Shown: positions 25,480-33,900 of the stretch, one piece after another
How the letters are laid out: each line of letters opens with the position of its first letter
How positions within the stretch are numbered: position 1 is the stretch's first letter
DNA from: an uncultured bacterium
GTDB lineage: Bacteria > Acidobacteriota > Thermoanaerobaculia > Multivoradales > JAHZIX01
Length of the DNA: 33,958 bases
Direction of reading: 5' to 3'
Assembly: GCA_965368975.1 (NCBI GenBank)
Contig: CBDUPA010000034.1
Location: 1 to 33,958 of the forward strand
Translations under genes and position numbers: made by a program
Notes under the pieces: model-generated
The model's input: only the letters and a program-made list of their open reading frames with translations
Database searches by the model: none
Told to the model about the DNA's origin: nothing

Positions 25480-27000
25480 ATGCGCAGTACCCTGTTCTTC
25501 GAATCGCCCCCTCGTACCTCGGGCCTCGGACCATGGCTGATTGGGATGTGTCTCATTCTGCTACTGACTCCCATGACGATGGCTCAGACGGTCCAAGTCG
25601 TGCCCTGGGCGCAGCCGCTGATACTCATCTCGCTGAATCAGGAGAAGCTGGAGGCTGGAGTCGAAGCTGCCGCCTACCCCTTGACCTGGACCGATCCTCG
25701 GAGAGGTCAGTTGAAGCAAAGCGGGGGCGGTCTGGTCTACATGCCGGATGAGGAGTTCTGGGAGGTGGGCTTTGACAGCTTTCACCTTCGCGAGTCCAGT
25801 ACTTCCAAGCAGTACGAGACCGTCTTCCTGATCGCTGGTCTGCGAGAAGAGCCACAGGCCCTAGGCGCCTTGGAGGGCTGTGTGCTGCACCCGGATTGGT
25901 TCTTGCTGGGTGATGCGCAGGTGGTGCAGAGGCCCGTTGCCAAGAGTTCCACATGCCTGTTCGAAATGACGCTTGGTGCCGATGTGCCGACGACGCTGGT
26001 CGGTCCCAAGGCCCAGACCGGGCCGGGCGGCGGCAACACATCGATCTCACTGGATCCGGGGACTCATCGGTCGCCTGGCTCCTTCGAGCTCTTACCGGGG
26101 ATGGAGACTCCCGTGGTGGCTGCGATTACGTCCCAGGGAGAAACCGTCTTCGAGCTGGTCCTGCGGGAGGGACTGGAGTTGTTCGTACGCGCGTACCACA
26201 GTGACGGCACCGTCGTAATGTCGAAGCCAGTGCAGACAGCTCAGGTCCGTCAGGATCTCGAGCTGGAGTGGTGGTTCGCGAGCACTGAAGGAGCGAGCGA
26301 TGGTGGTCTGCTCCTGGTGCGCGACGGTGTGCTGGAGACCGCAGTCATCGGAATCGACAACTTCGGTTTGCTGGGTCGCGCCTGGAACTGGCACTTTGGC
26401 TTGCTGGCTCCGACCGTGGGAGCGAGCGGTACGCTCGCCTTGGAGCAACCGGAGGTCTGGACCAGTCCCCGTCAGCCGGTCTATCAGCCGCTGTTCGCCA
26501 ACGGCACCGACAACGTCTACAGCGCTCAGTCCGCGGCGCTGCGCGATGCCTCGCCCAGTGCGGAGCGTCACTACCGGGCCAGGTTCTTCGTTGGCTTCGA
26601 GGGTGTGCGAAGTGAAGCGGGAGGCGCCTGGACCCTGTTCCGAGCCGACGACCCGGGTCGCGGCCTGGTGCCGTTCGATGTGCAGGTTCGCAGCAGTCTG
26701 TTTCGAGGCCTCGAGGTTCGTGCCCGCGCTTGGAATGGCTCGATGATGGTCGAAACGCCGTGGGAGCCCCTGCCCGAGGGGCGGTCGAGTCACGACGTTG
26801 CCGTTCAATGGTGGGCGCAGTCGGACGCTCAGACGCCCAACGGCGGTCTGCGGTTGTGGGTCGAAGGCGCCCTGACCGGAGGCGTGTCGGGGCTGGCCAA
26901 TGCCTCAGTGCGGGTCGAGGAGACCTATCTCGGTGTCTTGTCGGCCCCCCTGGGCGGTGGAGGAGAGCTGGTCATTCACGACTTCTTCGCTTGGCGCTAG
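25480..27000 (+). CDS. Secreted hypothetical protein, paralog B
   Basis: GAAAGGAG RBS and a signal peptide ending in TMA-Q. Shares with paralog A the blocks VFLIA.LREEP, TGPGGGNTSISLDPG, DNFGLLG..W.W.FGLL, PEVW.SPRQP, AERH.RARF and VQWWA, and the AWR C-terminus. Confidence 0.85.
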   Translation: MRSTLFFESPPRTSGLGPWLIGMCLILLLTPMTMAQTVQVVPWAQPLILISLNQEKLEAGVEAAAYPLTWTDPRRGQLKQSGGGLVYMPDEEFWEVGFDSFHLRESSTSKQYETVFLIAGLREEPQALGALEGCVLHPDWFLLGDAQVVQRPVAKSSTCLFEMTLGADVPTTLVGPKAQTGPGGGNTSISLDPGTHRSPGSFELLPGMETPVVAAITSQGETVFELVLREGLELFVRAYHSDGTVVMSKPVQTAQVRQDLELEWWFASTEGASDGGLLLVRDGVLETAVIGIDNFGLLGRAWNWHFGLLAPTVGASGTLALEQPEVWTSPRQPVYQPLFANGTDNVYSAQSAALRDASPSAERHYRARFFVGFEGVRSEAGGAWTLFRADDPGRGLVPFDVQVRSSLFRGLEVRARAWNGSMMVETPWEPLPEGRSSHDVAVQWWAQSDAQTPNGGLRLWVEGALTGGVSGLANASVRVEETYLGVLSAPLGGGGELVIHDFFAWR

Positions 27001-27014
27001 CGGTTTCGAATAGC

Positions 27015-27617
27015 ATGGTGACCATGGGAGAACGCTCGCAAGGGCACGACATCACAGCGCTGCTGCAGCAGTGGAGCCGTGGCGGAAACCGGGAGTCACT
27101 CGACCTCTTGATACCTCTCGTCTCTCGGGAGCTGCACCGCATTGCCCGCGGCTTCCTGGGTAACGAACGCGCGGACCACACGCTGCAGCCGACAGCGTTG
27201 GTCAACGAGGTCTACATGCGCCTGGTCGACCGACGCAAGGCGACGTGGCAGGATCGCGTCCATTTCCTGAGCTTCGCGGCGCGCACCATGCGCCGGATTC
27301 TGGTCGATCACTCGCGCAAGCAGAAAGCGCAGAAGCGAGGGGCAGGTGCCCAGCAAGTGACCCTGGATGAGTCCTCGGCTTTCGAACTGCAGCGAGGGGT
27401 CGACTACCTGGCCCTGGATGAAGCGTTGTCGGGCCTGGCGGAGATCGACTCTCGCCAGGCCCGCATCATCGAGCTGCGGTACTTCGCGGGTCTGACCATC
27501 GAGGAGATCGCGGCCGTGGTCGAGGTCGGCACCGCGACCGTCAAGCGGGACTTGGCCATGGCCCGGGCCTGGTTGCGGCGCGAGCTGGAGCCCGATCCCA
27601 CGGCCGCTTCCAGCTAA
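27015..27617 (+). CDS. ECF RNA polymerase sigma factor, TIGR02999/ECF43-like (copy 2)
   Basis: Same motifs as copy 1, about 75% identical over the core by manual alignment. Start is ATG 27015 or 27024. Confidence 0.92.
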   Translation: MVTMGERSQGHDITALLQQWSRGGNRESLDLLIPLVSRELHRIARGFLGNERADHTLQPTALVNEVYMRLVDRRKATWQDRVHFLSFAARTMRRILVDHSRKQKAQKRGAGAQQVTLDESSAFELQRGVDYLALDEALSGLAEIDSRQARIIELRYFAGLTIEEIAAVVEVGTATVKRDLAMARAWLRRELEPDPTAASS

Positions 27618-27629
27618 AGTCGTCTTCGG

Positions 27630-27661
27630 TTGAGCCGTTTTTTTCGGCGTTTGCGCCAACC
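27630..27661 (+). promoter_or_regulatory. Putative ECF sigma promoter, copy 3 (TTGAGCC variant)
   Basis: TTGAGCC 27630-27636, 16-nt spacer, GCGCCAACC 27653-27661. Followed by a short terminator-bounded non-coding stretch. Confidence 0.65.
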
Positions 27662-27665
27662 TGGG

Positions 27666-27791
27666 CAGACGTACGTTTCACAGACTTGCGTACGTTCACA
27701 GACCCGTAGAGACAGCGGTGGCATGCACGACCGCCGCGATCTCTCCTTTCGTGGCGCTGGCCCAGTACCCAACGGGCCGCGCCCTTTTTTT
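27666..27791 (+). ncRNA. Candidate ECF-dependent small RNA (~125 nt) with an anti-Shine-Dalgarno linker
   Basis: Bounded by promoter copy 3 and an intrinsic terminator. Contains the direct repeat CGTACGTT(T)CACAGAC x2, a hairpin at 27715-27737 and the linker CTCTCCTTTCG (27741-27751). The 5' end is estimated. Confidence 0.45.
27753..27791 (+). terminator. Rho-independent terminator
   Basis: Stem GGCGC(T)GGCCC / GGGCCGCGCC with a 10-nt loop, followed by T7 at 27785-27791. Confidence 0.8.
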
Positions 27792-27855
27792 GTTCGGCCT
27801 GTCGTTGCGCAACTCAGCGCGCGAGTAACTACGTGGAGCGAGTGGCGCGGCTACC

Positions 27856-27887
27856 GTGATCCCGTTTTCCCGCACCCTGCGCCAACC
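27856..27887 (+). promoter_or_regulatory. Putative ECF sigma promoter, copy 4
   Basis: GTGATCC 27856-27862, 16-nt spacer, GCGCCAACC 27879-27887. Lies after the terminator and 54 nt upstream of ATG 27942. Confidence 0.7.
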
Positions 27888-27941
27888 CTGCCAGAAGTCG
27901 ACCGCCTCCGGTCATGGATGAAACATGCAGGGAGCTCTACC

Positions 27942-30900
27942 ATGAGATGTCTTCGAGACCTGACGACCTGTCCTCTACTCACCAATCTACGATCGGCCAC
28001 GATGAGGTGCTTGCTGATTCTGGGGCTGCTCTTGCTGCCCTTGACGGCCACTGCTCAGAAGGAAACCGATCCCGGCAATGACGCTACCGTGGTCAGCCAC
28101 ACCTTGCCGACCCTGATGGAGTGTGGCTCCAAGCAGGTCGTTTCGGTGACGGTACAGAACACCGGTAAGTCCACCTGGAGTGGCAAGGCGGCCTACGGTC
28201 TCATGGGCGTGAACAATACGGCGTTCGAGGCTGAAGGCACGGCGCAAGGTGCGCAGCTGCCGGCCGACGTCGATGTCGCGCCCGGGCAGAGCTACACCTT
28301 CGAGCTCGACTTCGTCGTGCCTTCGGCGCCCGGCAACCACACTTCGCAATGGCAGATGACCCAGGGGGGGACAAGCCAGTTCGGCGGCATCGCGTCGGAG
28401 ACGACCAAGGTTGCCTGCCAGATCTCCGAGACCGATGCCGCTGAGGTGGTGAGCCATACGATTCCAGCCTTCATGGAGTGCGGCACCACCCAGGACGTCT
28501 CGATCACCTTCCAGAACACCGGTACGTCGACGTGGCGTCCGGAGCACCTGTATGTGCTGCGCTCGCCCGGCAATCAAGATCCGATGTCGAGCAAGACGGA
28601 GTGGTCGCTGCCCGCCGGGACCGCCGTGTCACCTGGGCAGAGCTACACCTTCCAGCTGCCACTGACCGCGCCGGCGGTGGCTGGCAGCTACAGCACGGAC
28701 TGGAAGATGTTGCACAAGCGGCTGCGCTGGTTCGGGGAAACCGCGCTCAGCACGGTGAACGTGTTGTGTGTCGGTGGTGAGGTGCCGGACGCGGCGGTGG
28801 TCGTCGTCGATCCGCCCAACAACTACGGCACCTGGGTCAAGGAGGAATGCGGCACCGAAACGTCGATCTTCGTGACCCTGCAGAATACGGGCAAGGCCCT
28901 ATGGGGCGCCGACACCTTCCTGGCCGCCACCGGCGGCTCGGATCCCTACCGCACCGACGCCGATCCGCGCGTGCCGTTGCCGCACAGCGTGTTCCCGGGC
29001 GAAACCGTGACCGTCGAGGTACCGCTCAGCATGCCGCCGGACGTCCAGGTCGCGCAGACCAGCGAGTGGCAGCTGGTGCGAGGCGCCAGCGAGTGGTTCG
29101 GTGAGATCGCCACCAAGCAGCTACTCGTGCGCTGCCAGCTCAACGAGAGCGACGATGCGCGCGTGGTATCGCATACCTTCCCCGACCTGATGGAGTGCGG
29201 CAGCACGCAGCGGATCAGCGTGACCATGGAGAACACCGGTACCAGCCGCTGGCGCAAGGATCTGAAGATGCGCTTGGGGGACCCGGGCAACAAGGATCCC
29301 TTCAAGGTGACGCATCGGGTCGACCTTCCCGCCGGTCTCGAGATTGGACCGGGCGGCGCGCACACCTTCGAGTTCGACATCAAGGCACCCGATGCAGCGG
29401 GCACCTACACCACCGATTGGCGCATGGTCCACGAGTGGGTGCGCTGGTTTGGTGAGACCGCGGCCAAGCAGATCGACGTGACGTGCAGCGACTACGGCGT
29501 CGAGTTCCTGCAACCACGCGCGCAAGTGCTCGCGGACGGCGGGAAATTCGACTGGGGCGTTCTGCACGAGGGCGAGGCACCCCGGCCCTTCACCTTCCGC
29601 GTCGCCGCGCCCGACAACTTCAAGGGCGAGCTCTACAACCTGCGTGTGGTCAGCGAGGAAGGGCCGGTGGCGGTCTACTTCGGCCAGCTGAGCAGCGGCA
29701 GTGGCAGCCTGCAGACCGGCGCCGAGGTGCCGGCTGAGCAGGGTCTGGATATCGGCGGCACGCTAGCGGTGAAGCCGGAGATCAAGGAGCTCAAGGCCGG
29801 CGAGCAAGTGGCCTTCCGGGCGGTGATCGCCTTTGATCACAGCCTCGGAGAGTCCTTCGAGTTCGAGATCGTTGGCCTGGCGCAGAAGGCCAGCTGCAAC
29901 GGCACGGACAGCTGGAGCTTCGTGTTCGAGGACTATCCGGGACCGTTCAACGAGGTGATTCCCGAGGAGCAGTTGCCGCGGCAGCTCGCCTACCGCGGTC
30001 GCATCACCAACAACGACGGCGCCCAGTGCCTGGAGATTCCGGAGAGCGGCATCAATGTCACCGTGGTCCAGCGACCCTTCGGCGTCAATACCGACCTGGA
30101 GGTGTTCGGCGGTCCGACCATCGTGCTGCAGCCGGGTGAGAGCTATGTCTTCCGGGTCCTGATCAACGCCACCGTGTCCGCCGAGAGTGGTGAGTACTCG
30201 GCCAACATCGGCGTCAGTCCATCGGGCACCTCGGTGGTCGACACACTCAACATCTCGGGTACCTTCGAGATCCAGGGGCCGGACCTGTCACTCGACAACG
30301 TCAGTGTTCGTTTGCTGTCCTCCGGTATCTCGGTAGGGCATTTCGGTATCTTCACGATCGATCCCGTAGACGCCTCGACCAACATCGATTTCGAGGTGCG
30401 CAACGACAATCCGGACGACATGCACGTCGAGGCCATGTCGGCCAGCATCTCCGGCCCAGCCGCCAGTGGTTTGAGCTACAACCCGACGCCAGTCTCGGCG
30501 GTGGTCCCGGCAGGGTTCCCGTCGGTGTTCGGCGGCCAGCTCCAGGTACTGAGTAGCGCGGTGCCCGGCGATTTCACGATTCACGTCAACTTCCGCGTCA
30601 CCGATGGTGACTTTACACCGGAGTTCGACGAGCTCTTCTCCTTCGACATCCAGGGCACCTTGACTGCCTGCGGTGGCGGAGGCAACTGTGGTCCCATCGT
30701 CAGTGTCGAGGACCAGAACGGCAACAGCGTGCGTGGTACCCACCGCCTCAACCTGGCCAACGAGGGTACCCACGATCTGGTGTTCAAGATCTTCAACATC
30801 GGGGACGAAGAGCTGAGCGTCAACCCGGCGTTGCAGCTGTCCGGCGACGGGCGCTTCAGCGTCCAGTCGTCACCGTCACCAACGACCGTCCCGCCGGATG

Positions 30901-33900
30901 GCGCACAGACTTCCAACTTCACGCTGCGCTTCAACGCTGACGGCACCGGTGTCAATGACACCTTCGCCACCAACGTGACGATCAATGGCAATGGTGCCAA
31001 CACCCCGTACACCTTCACGCTGGAGGTGACGACACGACCACCGATTCCGCTGGTCGTGGAGGTGATCGGTTTCGTGACGGTCGACAACCAAGTGGATCTC
31101 GGCACGCACGAGCAGCTCCCGTTGCTGCCGGTCATCCGCATCACGAACCCGACATCGGACTTCTACTACGTCAAGAGCTTCCGCACCCTGCAGTCGCAGG
31201 GGGGACCGCTGGAGTGGACCTGGGAGTCGCCGGTACCTGCGAGTTCGGAGAACAGCAGCGCCTGGCGAATCGACAAGGATGGTGGCCAGCTGCACGCCGG
31301 GGGCAAGATCGACCTCAACGGCGATCCCGGTGACGTCAACGGCACCTACACCTTCAACTTCTCGTTCGAGTTCAACGACGGACGCTACGGTACCTACAGT
31401 ACCTATAACCTGGCGATCAAGGGCGAACTGGACGGGGTCTACAACCCTGCCATAGACGCGCCGGTAATCGACTGCGAGGATCCCGACAACGTTTGCGTCT
31501 CCAATTTCTGCGGTGCCGTGCAGTCGATCTTCGACGATCAACCGGTAGCTGCCTCGGTCTGCGTCGCCTCGGCGCTGGCTACCTACTGGGGTTGCCTGGG
31601 TTGCGGTTCCTCCAACACGGCCTGCTGGGCGATCTGTGGAGTCGGCATCATCGGCTCCCTGGGTTGCGGTCTGGTCGCGGACGATCTGATCGAAGACCTG
31701 GCGCAGGCGGTGATCGACACAAGAGCCTGCTACTGCGACACCTTCGGCGAGTTCTGCGAGGAGACGTACTACATCGGCTACGAGGTGACGAACCTACCGG
31801 TTGGTACAGCGGTCAATGTACGGTCCAGGTGTCGAACCACGGCTGGGCTCGACATCCAGACCGTGGAGACGGTCAGCCTCAGTAACTCGCTGGACTTCGA
31901 CCTGATCCGTTGCCCCAAGTCGGCGATCTACGAGTTGTGGACCGACCCGGTGCAGGTACTGCCCGGCAACACCCCGTACCGCTGCACCCTGGCCAACCCG
32001 CGCCCAGGTGACCGGCCGGAGATCCCGGAGTACAACGGCCTTCTCGACACCCACTTCACGGGAGTCTTCGACTGCGGCTGCACCGACCCGACCGGCTGCG
32101 GCCAGTTCTACACGCTGGTTGGCAGTGCGCAAGACCTACAGCCAGGTGACGCGATCACCGTGGTGGCCAACCTGGAAGGAGATCATCCGACACAGATCTC
32201 CGCCACGGTAACCGTGACTCAGAATGGCCAGTTCCAGTTCTTGATCCCGGTGCCGGAGTCCGACTCCTACGTGCTGACGATCGAGAACAAGAACGACTAC
32301 CCGCAGTGTACCGTGGAGCCGACCGGCAACCCGATCAGCGGTCCCGGCAACGTGGTGGACATCGCGCGCCTGAGCTGCGACTCGACGCGGCCCAACGTGC
32401 GCATCCTGGTCCCAGCGGACGGTGACACGGTGCAGCCGAATCCGTCCACGGGAGCGATTCTGGTACAAGCCGTCGCTGGCGACGCCAACGGCATCCGCCA
32501 TGTGATTTTCTACGAGGATGGCGTGCCGATCGGCACGGCGACTTCGGCGGGCAATGTGTACGAGATCCAGTGGGTCCCGAGCGGTTCGGGAACGCGTACT
32601 CTGCAAGCACTGGCCGAGAACATACCCGGGGTCACGACCTTCTCTGACCCGGTCAGTGTTACGGTCACCGGCACCGTTGCCTGCGACAATGACACCCAGC
32701 CGCCCACCATCGTCCGGGTCTTCCCGGCTGCAGGTGAAGCGGCGCCGCAGGGCCTGGGTGGTTCTCTGACCCTGGAAGCCGAGGTCGTCGACGACACCGG
32801 CATGAACCACGTGGACTTCTACCTGGACGGCAACAAGGTGACCGTCTTTGGCAATGGTCCGCTGTTCCTGTTCACCGCACCGCAGGTCAGCCTGGGGGCG
32901 CACACCCTACGGGTGGTTGCCGTCGACGTCTGCGGCAAGCCACGCGAGATCGCTCAGTACGACTTCACCGTGGTCGAGTCGGATCCGACCCTGGCTGCCG
33001 GTGCGCTGAACGTTGCCGACTGCTCGATCCTCTACGGCTTTGCCAGCGACATCAACCACACTAATTCGGTGTTGGTCGAGTTCTACAAGGGTGGGCCGCG
33101 CGGCAGCGGTACGCTGGTCGGACAGGACCTGGCCAACGGCTCGTGCACCGGGCTACCCGGGGATCCCAACCAGTGCTTCTCGCTGTCGACGCCGGCAGCG
33201 CTGAAGACCGGCTTCCCGGAGACCGTCTACGCCCACGCTCGCGATATCGATACCCAGGGTCAGCCGACCGGAGCGTGGCCGCAACTGCTGCTGTCGCCCA
33301 AGACCATCACCTGCGAAGACTCCGGCGGTACCGGCAATCCTCCGCCGATTCCCGCTGGGGTCTCGGCCAGCGACGGTGCCTACACCGACCGTGTACGGGT
33401 GACCTGGAACGCATCCTCGGGCGCCTCCGCCTACGAGGTCTACCGCAACAGCGTCAACAACAGTTCCACCGCGACGATGATCGAATCGGACGCATCGACG
33501 ACGCTCTACGACGACATGGACGTGCAATCCGGGCCGCTCTACTACTACTGGCTCAAGGCCAGGAACGGCGATGGTTCGAGTGGCTTCAGCACCGTGAACA
33601 CGGGCTATGCCAGTACGGTGACGGTCAACAATCACCTGCCAGATGGCACGCTGGACGTAGCGGACTGCGATCACGTCGCTGGTTGGGTACGTGACGCGGA
33701 CTACACCGGTCGCACGCAGGCCCACATCTACCGTGACGGTCCGGCGGGTGGCGGTGGCACGGTGGTGGCGACGATCTGGGCGGACCTGACTCGCCCGGGT
33801 CTACCCTTCCCAGACCAGGACCATGGCTTCGATTGGTCTGTGCCGGCGGGGTCGATCCCGCACGGTACGCCGATCTACGTCTACGGCCTGAACGTCGACT

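Noticed and set aside
27696-27751. The CU-rich tract read as a minus-strand Shine-Dalgarno for a small gene
   Set aside because: The nearest GTG/ATG are 14-18 nt away, and the GTG frame closes after 10 codons. An anti-SD or chance explanation fits better.
22916-27887. The four-copy motif or the 15/18-bp repeats as a CRISPR array
   Set aside because: The copies are 0.2-2.4 kb apart with whole genes between them, or are head-to-tail without spacers. No cas genes are present.
27723-27941. Upstream in-frame ATG 27723 as the start of the giant ORF
   Set aside because: The frame is open, but the extension would run through an intrinsic terminator and promoter copy 4, has no RBS, and would bury the signal peptide.
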